DNA of 55,052 nucleotides, taken from IMG/VR virus record IMGVR_UViG_3300045993_000305, positions 1 to 55,052 of that record; one strand, 5' to 3'. The stretch's first letter is position 1. Each line of letters opens with the position of its first letter. A program made the position numbers and the translations under genes. The DNA comes from a virus (taxonomy: Duplodnaviria; Caudoviricetes). A model generated the notes under the pieces. It was not told the origin of the DNA. It did no database searches and worked only from the letters and a program-made list of their open reading frames with translations. This document shows positions 46,703-54,395 of this stretch, piece by piece.

Positions 46703-46716
46703 TGAGTCTCCTTTTA

Positions 46717-46782
46717 TTGACCTACATCAAAGTCTCCTGTATCTTCTTGACGTACACTTTGAGTGTAGTACCAATTATACCA
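46717..46782. promoter_or_regulatory. Overlapping divergent promoters with palindromic operator
   Basis: Plus strand: TTGACC-17-TATCTT (46717-46745) and a second TTGACG (46747); palindrome TACACT-TTG-AGTGTA (46753-46767); minus strand: TG-G-TATAAT (46782-46774). Confidence 0.72.
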
Positions 46783-46795
46783 CAACGGAGATCCC

Positions 46796-47578
46796 ATGAC
46801 CCTCTTCACCCGCACCGGCGCCGCGCAGGAAACCAACGTCACGTCGCCCACCGGCAAGCCGTACTTCCGCTCGCAGCACTCTTGCTCGCGTTGCGGCGGG
46901 CTCGGCGGATCGGAAGCGTGGCGCTACACCGGCTGGACGTGCTACCAGTGCGGCGGCTCGGGCAAGGGCGCGATCGTCGATGCGCCGCTGTACACCGCCG
47001 AGCAGCTGGCCAAGCTGGTCGCCTCCGCCGCCAAGCGCCAAGCCGCGAAGGATGCGAAGCGCGACGCAGAACGTGCCATTCGCGACGCCGAGCGCGCCGT
47101 GATCGACGCGCAGTGGCACGCCGCCAACGAAGAGTCGGTCGAGCTGATCCGCGGCGCCTACGCCATCTCGCCGGAAGGCTCGTACCACCGCAACCAGCTG
47201 GGCAAGGCGCTCGCGCTCCTGAACGCCGGCAAGCAGCTGTTCTGGATCGACGACTGCCGCGCGCTCGCCGTTGAAGCCTACGACAAGCACGCCGTCCGCG
47301 CGTCCTCGGCGCACTTTGGCGTCGTCGGCCAGCGCATGGACGTGACGTTCACCGTCGACTTCGTAATGACGTTCGAGCCCTACACCTACGGCGCCGGCTG
47401 CTCGTACCTGAACGTCGGCCACACCGACAACGGCAACGTGGTCGTCTACAAGGGCTCGCACGGCTGGGAAAAGGGCGAGACGGTCACCGCCAAGTGGACG
47501 ATCAAGGAGCACAGCGAGCGCGACGGCGTCCTGCAAACCGTGCTGGCCCGCCCGACGTTCCCGAAAGAAGTCGCTTGA
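46796..47578 (+). CDS. Early protein with CxxCxGxG zinc ribbon and C-terminal OB-fold-like domain
   Basis: CSRCGGLG...CYQCGGSG; HFGVVGQR...GNVVVYKG...IKEHSERDGVLQTVLARP. Confidence 0.8.
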   Translation: MTLFTRTGAAQETNVTSPTGKPYFRSQHSCSRCGGLGGSEAWRYTGWTCYQCGGSGKGAIVDAPLYTAEQLAKLVASAAKRQAAKDAKRDAERAIRDAERAVIDAQWHAANEESVELIRGAYAISPEGSYHRNQLGKALALLNAGKQLFWIDDCRALAVEAYDKHAVRASSAHFGVVGQRMDVTFTVDFVMTFEPYTYGAGCSYLNVGHTDNGNVVVYKGSHGWEKGETVTAKWTIKEHSERDGVLQTVLARPTFPKEVA

Positions 47579-47603
47579 CAGGATCCCGGGGCCGGCGCAT
47601 GCT
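47575..47603 (+). promoter_or_regulatory. Sigma70-type promoter
   Basis: TTGACA-17 nt-CATGCT. Confidence 0.65.
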
Positions 47604-47640
47604 GGCCCCAGTACCGACCACCCCACCATCAGGAGATTCC

Positions 47641-47886
47641 ATGAAATTCGCCAAGACCATCGACATCTGGTCGTTCCCGCGGGAACTGATCAAGCACCTC
47701 CAGCGCGGCCAGTGGGTCAGCGCCGGCTTCGGCCTCCCGGGCCAGTCCAACCTCGGTCGCTTCTACGGCATCACCAAAGGCGGCGTCATCCACGTTGCGT
47801 GGATCGGCAACGCCCGCGGTTCCGGCGACTACCGCGGCTACATGGCCGCCCGCTCCCGCCTCGTCGGTCCCGCCAACCGCGCCTGA
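47641..47886 (+). CDS. Early hypothetical protein
   Basis: SD AGGAG; LQRGQWV...GRFYGI. Confidence 0.8.
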   Translation: MKFAKTIDIWSFPRELIKHLQRGQWVSAGFGLPGQSNLGRFYGITKGGVIHVAWIGNARGSGDYRGYMAARSRLVGPANRA

Positions 47887-47912
47887 CCCCCCACCCCAAC
47901 CGGAGACTCACA

Positions 47913-48080
47913 ATGCAAACCACGATCGTCAAGACCATCCTGACCGACGAAAGCGAAACCTACTCGGTCGTCTTCGTTGACGGCAGCTCCCGCGTCGAGA
48001 TCGGCGCCGCGACCCTCAAGGACGCGACCCAGCTGCACGCCGCGCTCTCGGCCTACGCCCTCTACGCCACCGTCTCTTAA
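47913..48080 (+). CDS. Early hypothetical protein, 55 aa
   Basis: SD GGAG; MQTTIVKTILTDESETYSV. Confidence 0.75.
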   Translation: MQTTIVKTILTDESETYSVVFVDGSSRVEIGAATLKDATQLHAALSAYALYATVS

Positions 48081-48101
48081 CCCGCCCACCCCGGAGATCC
48101 C

Positions 48102-48332
48102 GTGAACGCACAACCCCGCACCTACGAAGAGTCGTTTGCCCAGTGGACGCCGTTCTACGCCCGCCGCTGGACCGTCAGCTCGCGCGCCGACGCGCTGCAA
48201 TACGCGCTGAACGACATCCTCGCCGCCCTGAAGGCGCACGGCGACGAACGCACCGTCTACACCGGCAAGCTGTACGCCGAGCTGGACGCCGTCCGCGCCG
48301 CCAGCGCGAGCAAGTTGTTCCGTCGCCGCTGA
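48102..48332 (+). CDS. Early hypothetical protein
   Basis: SD GGAG; GTG start. Confidence 0.75.
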   Translation: MNAQPRTYEESFAQWTPFYARRWTVSSRADALQYALNDILAALKAHGDERTVYTGKLYAELDAVRAASASKLFRRR

Positions 48333-48387
48333 ACCCACCGTCGAGGGCGTTCGCCGCCCTCCGCAGTGCGCTCTGCACTCAACAGGA
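48333..48387 (+). repeat. Structured intergenic repeat, copy 2
   Basis: ACCCACCGTC-GAGGGCG/CGCCCTC-CGC-AGTGCG/TGCACT-CAACAGGA. Confidence 0.8.
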
Positions 48388-48396
48388 AGAACCGAC

Positions 48397-48504
48397 ATGA
48401 CCACAGCCCAGATCCTCGCTCTGCTCCACCAGTTGGACCCCAACTCGTACTACGTTGTGGCCGCCCAGATTGTCAACCACGCTGTCAACCGGGTGGGCGC
48501 ATGA
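48397..48504 (+). CDS. 35-aa hypothetical peptide
   Basis: SD AGGA; ATGA overlap with the next gene. Confidence 0.6.
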   Translation: MTTAQILALLHQLDPNSYYVVAAQIVNHAVNRVGA

Positions 48505-48695
48505 CCATCCGCCACGAGGGTCACCATCTTGACCCCTTGTACCAATGGGTGCCTGACGACAAGCGCCCTGTCTCGGGCTGGCTGCTCGTCCTCGCCATTT
48601 GCGTCGGGTTCCCGCTGGCCATGCTCCTGATGCCGCTCTGGCCGTTCGCCGATCGCATCATCGCCGCCGCAGAACGCCGCGGCTTCAGATTCTGA
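48501..48695 (+). CDS. Small membrane protein
   Basis: One long hydrophobic segment WLLVLAICVGFPLAMLLMPLWPF. Confidence 0.65.
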   Translation: MTIRHEGHHLDPLYQWVPDDKRPVSGWLLVLAICVGFPLAMLLMPLWPFADRIIAAAERRGFRF

Positions 48696-48720
48696 ATCCC
48701 CGTGACAACAAGGATATGCC

Positions 48721-48966
48721 ATGACAACCAGCTCGTTCGCCAAAAAACCTGACCGGGGCGAGGATCGCCCGGCGCCCGACTTCGTCTGGACCGATCACGG
48801 CTCGCTCGTGCTCCTCCGCCCGCTCACCAAAGCCGGCTGGGACTGGGTCAGCGAGAACGTCGACCCCGACGAACCCCGCTGGATGGGACAGATCCCGGTG
48901 TCCGCCAGCCGCGTGTGCCAAGTGCTCGACGCGATCAATGCCGCCGGTTTGCTGTATACTAATTGA
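48721..48966 (+). CDS. Hypothetical protein
   Basis: SD AAGGA; DHGSLVLLRPLTKAGWDWVSENV. Confidence 0.75.
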   Translation: MTTSSFAKKPDRGEDRPAPDFVWTDHGSLVLLRPLTKAGWDWVSENVDPDEPRWMGQIPVSASRVCQVLDAINAAGLLYTN

Positions 48967-48991
48967 GAGCGGTTCCCATCTCCGAGACAAC

Positions 48992-49186
48992 ATGAGCAAG
49001 CTCGTCGTCACCATCGAGTACCCGGACGGATCCCCCGGCAAGGCAAGCCGGCCGCTGGACCCTGAAGACGTCCTGTCCGCCATGCGAGACTGCGTGTTTC
49101 GCGTTGCGGTCGGAGAGTACGCCGCGGTCTACGTCACTCTGGCGAAGCCGCTGACCATCACCCCTAGCAGTCCAACCACCACCTGA
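48992..49186 (+). CDS. Hypothetical protein
   Basis: MSKLVVTIEYPDG; fills the gap. Confidence 0.6.
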   Translation: MSKLVVTIEYPDGSPGKASRPLDPEDVLSAMRDCVFRVAVGEYAAVYVTLAKPLTITPSSPTTT

Positions 49187-49197
49187 AAGGAGTCACC

Positions 49198-49455
49198 ATG
49201 CGCTCGCTCTACCAGATCCAACGCTCGAACACTGAGTTTGCCAGTCGGGCAGACGCCCTCAACTTCACCGAGAAGTGCCTGACCAAAGGCCCGCAGGCGG
49301 TCTACGAGCCAAGCGAGAACTGGCGCGCGGCTCACGCGGCGCTGTCCCGCGGCTGGGTGTACGTCGAAACGCTCCCGGTCTACGAGAGCGAAGGCACGGT
49401 CCAGCGGTTCATCTCCAACCTGAAGGCGGCCGACATCAAGGAGCTGCGGGCATGA
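49198..49455 (+). CDS. Hypothetical protein
   Basis: SD AAAGGAG. Confidence 0.75.
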   Translation: MRSLYQIQRSNTEFASRADALNFTEKCLTKGPQAVYEPSENWRAAHAALSRGWVYVETLPVYESEGTVQRFISNLKAADIKELRA

Positions 49456-49748
49456 TTCGCCCAGCCGTGTGGGTGGCCCTGACGATCGGCGGCGCGGTTG
49501 CGCTGTTCGCCGCCGGCGCGATGGCCGCCCCCATCACGTTCGCGATCTGCGATCCAGCCAACACCCAGAAGCCCACCTTCAAGGTGCCGCCGGGAACCGA
49601 CAAGCTGGAAGTGCGGTGCCCGGGGTCCAACGTGGTCGTGTTCACCATCGCCGGCTGCGTCGGGCCCAAGCTCAAGAGGATCGGCACAGACTACACGTTG
49701 ACCTGCACCAGTTGGAACGCGTACGAGCTTGTTCCGAAACCGCGGTAG
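49452..49748 (+). CDS. Exported Cys-containing protein
   Basis: Signal peptide ending AMA-A; four Cys in the mature part; ATGA overlap. Confidence 0.7.
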   Translation: MIRPAVWVALTIGGAVALFAAGAMAAPITFAICDPANTQKPTFKVPPGTDKLEVRCPGSNVVVFTIAGCVGPKLKRIGTDYTLTCTSWNAYELVPKPR

Positions 49749-49767
49749 ATCCCGTCGGTTGACGACG

Positions 49768-49806
49768 AAAAGAAACGGCGCCTCAAAAGGGCGCCGTTCT
49801 CATTTT
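49768..49806. terminator. Bidirectional intrinsic terminator
   Basis: AAAAGAAACGGCGCC-TCAAAAG-GGCGCCGTTCTCATTTT between convergent genes. Confidence 0.8.
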
Positions 49807-49832
49807 GGGTACGTTCGTACGCAGTTTGGGTA

Positions 49833-50606
49833 TCAGCCGATCGCGACGTCCTCGCCTTCCGGCGGAGTCGTGGGCGGAGCGACGACAACCGGGGGCGTCC
49901 TTCTGGTGCTCCCCACGTCCACCGTGCCGGGCCTCTGGTTCGCAAACTCCTCCAGCGCCCGGGCGTCGGCCGCGTTCTGCTCCGCGGTTTGGTAGGCCGC
50001 CTGATTGTAGTAGCGGTCGGCCGCCTCCGGCCAGTAGGTGCCCGCGGTGTCATGCGGTCTTCCCGGCTGGAACAGGTGCGCCGTGCCGAGGAATAGAGCA
50101 CCCAGACCCGTCGGGAACGTAGCGGCGCCGCACTGCTTGCTGACGCGGGCGATGTACCCGACCAGCATCTCGCCTCTCCCCGGGTCAGCGGGGTTTGGCT
50201 GCGGCAGCGACAGCGTGTGCTGCGTCTTCGGAATCGTCACGGTACCCGGCGTTCCCGGCGGGACCACGTCGTCAACGCGCCACCCGCCCGGCCCGGCCGT
50301 GTATGTGATCTGCGTCGTCGGGATCGTCACCATCACCGGGGTGGTCGTGCCGGCGGAGCGGCGCTCGTTCTTGCCGTACAGCGCGTAGTGCTGGGCTCCG
50401 CTGGTGAAGTCACCTCGGGCCACCGCTTGGGCGACGTCGGGGTTCGTCCGCAAGTAGTACGCCTCGTCGAATCCGGGCAGCACAGGAGCCGCCACAGGAT
50501 CCTGTGGGACGACGGCCGTCACAGGGGTAGGCGAAGCGGAAGCGAGCGCCTGTAGGGCTTGCTGGAAGGCCGCCGTGATGGCAGCAATTTGGGCTTGAGT
50601 GAACAT
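49833..50606 (-). CDS. Hypothetical protein with one FDEAYYL-x-x-NPDV repeat unit
   Basis: FDEAYYLRTNPDVAQAVARGDFTSGAQHYALYGKNERR; SD AAAGGAG. Confidence 0.75.
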   Translation of the reverse strand: MFTQAQIAAITAAFQQALQALASASPTPVTAVVPQDPVAAPVLPGFDEAYYLRTNPDVAQAVARGDFTSGAQHYALYGKNERRSAGTTTPVMVTIPTTQITYTAGPGGWRVDDVVPPGTPGTVTIPKTQHTLSLPQPNPADPGRGEMLVGYIARVSKQCGAATFPTGLGALFLGTAHLFQPGRPHDTAGTYWPEAADRYYNQAAYQTAEQNAADARALEEFANQRPGTVDVGSTRRTPPVVVAPPTTPPEGEDVAIG

Positions 50607-50615
50607 GGTGCTCCT

Positions 50616-51014
50616 TTACGCTTTGAGAAAACCGGGTTGGTCGTACGGGATGGGAATGGTTGCAGACTGCTGTGCCTGTAGCTGCTCGATGACGCGGCGC
50701 AGCCTTTCGTTCTCCGCCACCAGCCACGCGTACATCGCTGGATCGGCCGGCTGGCTGACGAAGTGATCGACCGCGGCTGCCGGAACGCTTGGCGCGCTCG
50801 GCTTGCGCTTGATGAGCGCCTGAACGCGAGCCTCGATCTTGGCCAGCAACTCAGGCCGCTTTCGCTTCAAATAGAGCAGCCCGCCCACCGATAACGCGAT
50901 GAGCGCCACGATAACGATGCCAGTGTTATCGTTCGGAGGAGCAACGGCCACCAGCTGCTGTGACCATCCGTAGGACGAAAACGCCGCTAGTGATGCGGCA
51001 ACGATGCGTTTCAT
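50616..51014 (-). CDS. Membrane protein
   Basis: Signal-like N-terminus, TM GIVIVALIALSVGGLLYL followed by KRKR, coiled-coil tail. Confidence 0.7.
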   Translation of the reverse strand: MKRIVAASLAAFSSYGWSQQLVAVAPPNDNTGIVIVALIALSVGGLLYLKRKRPELLAKIEARVQALIKRKPSAPSVPAAAVDHFVSQPADPAMYAWLVAENERLRRVIEQLQAQQSATIPIPYDQPGFLKA

Positions 51015-51397
51015 TTTGACCCTCCAGTCTGAATACAGTGCTCGATCAGTGCGGAAACCGCTTTCGCGTACCGCTCGAACTGCTCGGCGTCGATCGAGAC
51101 AGCGCCGGCCTTCTGGTCTGTGCTTGCCTTGCTGACGTCGATCGGCGTCGCCACCGGCAGCTTGGGCACGTCCTCGCGCGAGACGCACGCCACCGGGACT
51201 GGGATGCTCACGTTGGTCGTGACCGTGCGCGTCTGCACCACCGTCTCCGGAGTGGCGCACCCGACAACAATGAGCAGAAGCAGAACGCATGCCAGCAGGA
51301 CGAACGCCGCCCCAATCCAGCACGGCCACCCCATCGTGATCCTTTCGTTTGCGCGGCGGTCGCTGATCCTGTCGTACATGCGGCGGTCACCTTTCAT
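51011..51397 (-). CDS. Outer-membrane spanin (Rz1-like lipoprotein)
   Basis: Hydrophobic run with lipobox VVGC; IPVPVAC; follows the i-spanin gene. Confidence 0.75.
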   Translation of the reverse strand: MKGDRRMYDRISDRRANERITMGWPCWIGAAFVLLACVLLLLIVVGCATPETVVQTRTVTTNVSIPVPVACVSREDVPKLPVATPIDVSKASTDQKAGAVSIDAEQFERYAKAVSALIEHCIQTGGSK

Positions 51398-51846
51398 GGC
51401 TGCTTCCTCGAAATGAGAGACTCGGTCAGGATGGCGTCGGTCGCAGATAGCACCTCCTGACACGATCGGTTGGACGCCGGAGCCGCCTTGACCTGCGCTT
51501 GCAGCTTCGAGATCCGCCCCTGATTGCGGGCCAGCTCGCTGGCGTACAGGATGGATTGAGCTCGCGCCGCCTTGACGGCGCCTTCCGTTGCGGCGTTTGC
51601 CGCCTGAATGGCCGCATTCTGTGCGGCGATTGCCGCAGTCGCCGCTCTGGCGTCGGCCTCCGCCTGCTCGGCGCGCGTGGTGGCCAGCGTGGCCGCTCGC
51701 TTGGCCGCTTCGATCAACGGAGCGTCCGCCTCCAGCTGCGCCGCGGCGCCCTGCGCGACGTACTGCCCGGTGAACCCGGTCCATATCTTCATGCCGCCGA
51801 ACGCGAGCCCGGCCGCGAAGAGTCCATACAGAATCAACTGTAGCAT
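51394..51846 (-). CDS. Inner-membrane spanin (Rz-like)
   Basis: N-terminal TM, Ala-rich coiled coil (QNAAI), C-terminal Cys. Confidence 0.75.
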   Translation of the reverse strand: MLQLILYGLFAAGLAFGGMKIWTGFTGQYVAQGAAAQLEADAPLIEAAKRAATLATTRAEQAEADARAATAAIAAQNAAIQAANAATEGAVKAARAQSILYASELARNQGRISKLQAQVKAAPASNRSCQEVLSATDAILTESLISRKQP

Positions 51847-51854
51847 GCTACCCC

Positions 51855-53129
51855 CTATGTCTTGTCTTGCCACTGAACCCACGGGGCCGATGCGTCTCGT
51901 CCGGGGTGAGTCTCCAAGTATACTGGCAGGTGCATTGTAACACCGTGCTCAGGATGGGTCAGCCACAGCGCCTGAATGGGCGGCTCGAACCCAAAGTTGT
52001 TGACGTTTGCGTACTCGTCGTAGCCCTTCAAGCTGCCGTTCACCAGCGTGCGATGCAGAGGCATGTACTGGTGCCAATGCCCAAGCAACATGGTGTCGTA
52101 GCCGCGATTGATGGAGCTGTTGCGCGCCAGCTTGCGCTGGTTGCCGCGCGTGATGGGCCCGATGGCACCGATTATGCCGTCTCCGCCGCGGAACTGGTCG
52201 CCATGCGTCAGCAGGTACCTGTGTCCGCACACCGAGAACAGCGCATCCGGGCCGTCGGGGATGAAAAAGTTGACTCGCGCGTCGCCCTCAAAGTGCCGCG
52301 CCAGCAGCTGGTACAGCAGCCAGTCGTAGTTGGTGAACGCCCGGTTCTTTGCCTGCGGCTTGCGCGTAGTGCGGCCGTGATTGCCCGGCACGCACGGCAG
52401 GAACACCCGGCCGAACTGGTCGGCGATCGTCTTGATCGACCAGCACAGCACGCCGAACAGGTCGAGCAGCGCCGACAGCGTCGGCACGTCGTTCGTTTCC
52501 TTGAGCTCCTCGTGGATGTCGCCCGTCACCATGTCTCCTCCGAGGCACACGACGATCCCCGGGTACTTCGGGTTGACGACGTGCTTCTGGAGCAGCTGCA
52601 CCGTCAACGACACCAGCTTGCGCGCCCGGTCGCGGGCCACGCTCAGGTCGAAGTTGTTGACGCCGTTGACCTGATCAGGAAACACCGTCTCCCCCCAGTG
52701 CCAGTCGGACCAGAACGCAATGGGCACACCGGGCAGCGACTTGCCGCGCACCGGGCCCAGCAGCCACTCAGGGTGGGCGGCAGACAGCGCCGCTTCGCTC
52801 AGACCGAGAATCTTCCGCTTGACGTACTCGACGTCGATCGAGTCGGCGCGCGACGCCTTGATCTGTGCGCGCAGCTCGTAGACCTCGTCCCTCATTCTGT
52901 CCAGCTCCGCCGGCGCCTCCACTTCCACCATCGCTACGCGCGCCGCGGCACGGGTCTTTGCGTCCACTTTCGGCGCCTTGATCCCGAACAGTTTGGCCGC
53001 GCGCAGGCGCCCCTCCAGAGCTCCGCGCGAGATCCCCATCTCGGCCGCGGCCTTGATGACGGTGCCGTGCTTTTCCACCTCGGCGACTGCCGCCTTAGCT
53101 TGTGACTTGGTCAGGGGCGTGTTCGCCAT
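51855..53129 (-). CDS. Calcineurin-like metallophosphoesterase with N-terminal HTH
   Basis: SDWHWGE, GGDMVTG, PGNHGR, THGD, GHWH; HGTVIKAAAEMGISRGAL helix-turn-helix. Confidence 0.88.
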   Translation of the reverse strand: MANTPLTKSQAKAAVAEVEKHGTVIKAAAEMGISRGALEGRLRAAKLFGIKAPKVDAKTRAAARVAMVEVEAPAELDRMRDEVYELRAQIKASRADSIDVEYVKRKILGLSEAALSAAHPEWLLGPVRGKSLPGVPIAFWSDWHWGETVFPDQVNGVNNFDLSVARDRARKLVSLTVQLLQKHVVNPKYPGIVVCLGGDMVTGDIHEELKETNDVPTLSALLDLFGVLCWSIKTIADQFGRVFLPCVPGNHGRTTRKPQAKNRAFTNYDWLLYQLLARHFEGDARVNFFIPDGPDALFSVCGHRYLLTHGDQFRGGDGIIGAIGPITRGNQRKLARNSSINRGYDTMLLGHWHQYMPLHRTLVNGSLKGYDEYANVNNFGFEPPIQALWLTHPEHGVTMHLPVYLETHPGRDASAPWVQWQDKT

Positions 53130-53625
53130 GAGATCCTTGTGTTGGGTTGGTGTGCGCGGTTACGATTTTCGGTCGCCGCACTCGCTTCTGCGGTGCTGCG
53201 ATCTCCATTGTCTTCACGGGCAGCCCGCAGTGCATTGGATCCAGAGCGCACGCCAGCTTCACCGCCTCGGTCGGGCTCTTGCCCAGCGCCATCGCGGCCA
53301 TCGCAATGTCTGCTCCGGTGCCAATCGCGAAAAACTTGTCCTTCAACTTGTCTGGCTCGCTGCAATCTGTGTACACGAGCAGACCGTCAGTCGTGAGCAC
53401 GAGCCCGATGAACGTGTGCTCCTCGTCGAGAGTCATTGCTACCTCGTCGGACGGGCACTCCTTCCGAAACCACGCCAACCACTTGTTCGTCAACCCGGCG
53501 TCGCCCGCCATTCCCACCAGCGACGTTCCGATCTTGAAGATCTTGTCTGCGGTGAAGAACAGGCTGCCGGCCGTGACCCGGCTGTCTCCCGCCATCTCAC
53601 GCAGGTTGGCAGCGATAACGGTCAC
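53095..53625 (-). CDS. Ntn-hydrolase, HslV/proteasome-beta-like peptidase
   Basis: GTG start gives (M)TVIA...AGDSRVT...KIF...VGMAGD...AIGTG...EAVKLACALD. Confidence 0.82.
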   Translation of the reverse strand: MTVIAANLREMAGDSRVTAGSLFFTADKIFKIGTSLVGMAGDAGLTNKWLAWFRKECPSDEVAMTLDEEHTFIGLVLTTDGLLVYTDCSEPDKLKDKFFAIGTGADIAMAAMALGKSPTEAVKLACALDPMHCGLPVKTMEIAAPQKRVRRPKIVTAHTNPTQGSHGEHAPDQVTS

Positions 53626-54011
53626 TGTGCGCCCCGCGCCATTGGAGCGCCGGCCTCTTCGAGCTCCAGCTGGAGCAACGCGAGAGCGCGCCACGCCATC
53701 TTGGCGGAGTGCCGGCAGCCGTCGGTGTCGACGGTCCCGCGCTCCATCAGGTGCCTAACGATCGTGTCGGCCTGATCCATCGACTTGCCGCGCGCCCAGT
53801 GCAGCGGCTCGCCCGGGTTGTGCTGGTCGTTGCCGACCTTCGAGATCTTCGCTATCTCGGCCAGCGCCGCCGGGAAATAGTCGAGCACCCCGGTGCATAG
53901 CGGGATCCCCTTGCGAGCAGTAGCGTCCACCGGCAGCACCGACGCGTCCTGCCTCTTACCAGTGAGCCATCGACCCGGCAGGTCTGCCAGAGGAGTCTGC
54001 TCTCCGCTCAC
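53622..54011 (-). CDS. dATP/dGTP diphosphohydrolase domain protein (DUF5664-like)
   Basis: YFPAALAEIAKISKVGNDQHNPGEPLHWARGKS...RHL...HSAKMAWRALA. Confidence 0.82.
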   Translation of the reverse strand: MSGEQTPLADLPGRWLTGKRQDASVLPVDATARKGIPLCTGVLDYFPAALAEIAKISKVGNDQHNPGEPLHWARGKSMDQADTIVRHLMERGTVDTDGCRHSAKMAWRALALLQLELEEAGAPMARGAQ

Positions 54012-54346
54012 TGCGTAATCTCGTCGATGAAATTGATCGGGATGCCCAGCTTCGCAGCAATGAGCACCTCCTCGTCCACGCCGCGGCTCTTGTCCCACCC
54101 GTCGAGGCGCAGCACCAACAGCTCGGCAGCGTGCGCGAGGAACGGCATGCACTGCCGCATCCAGAAGTGGTGCGGACGTGCGCTGATGTAATCGGAGAGA
54201 TGATGCGAGTGGGTGATCGGTGAGTAGACCACGAGGTCGCTATCGCGCATCAGCTGCGCGGCGCACTTGGTGACCGCTCGATAGCGTCGGTCCCTCACCA
54301 TGTAGTCAGGATGCGAATACGGACACGCCAAGTATGTGTACTTCAC
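54008..54346 (-). CDS. DUF1937-like nucleoside deoxyribosyltransferase-fold protein
   Basis: YLACPYSHPD, YSPITHSH, LDGWDKSRGVDEE. Confidence 0.85.
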   Translation of the reverse strand: MKYTYLACPYSHPDYMVRDRRYRAVTKCAAQLMRDSDLVVYSPITHSHHLSDYISARPHHFWMRQCMPFLAHAAELLVLRLDGWDKSRGVDEEVLIAAKLGIPINFIDEITQ

Positions 54347-54378
54347 CAGCCCTCCCGGTTATTAGACGCCAAGCGCCA

Positions 54379-54387
54379 AGTATAACA
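54379..54387 (-). promoter_or_regulatory. Extended -10 promoter for the enzyme cassette
   Basis: TG-T-TATACT in the 49-nt gap between the endolysin and DUF1937 genes. Confidence 0.6.
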
Positions 54388-54395
54388 CCATCCGC

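Noticed and set aside
53622-54011. Diphosphohydrolase as a sign of a 2-aminoadenine (Z) genome
   Set aside because: No purZ, HD-family datZ or DNA polymerase in the window; cannot be excluded for the unseen part of the genome
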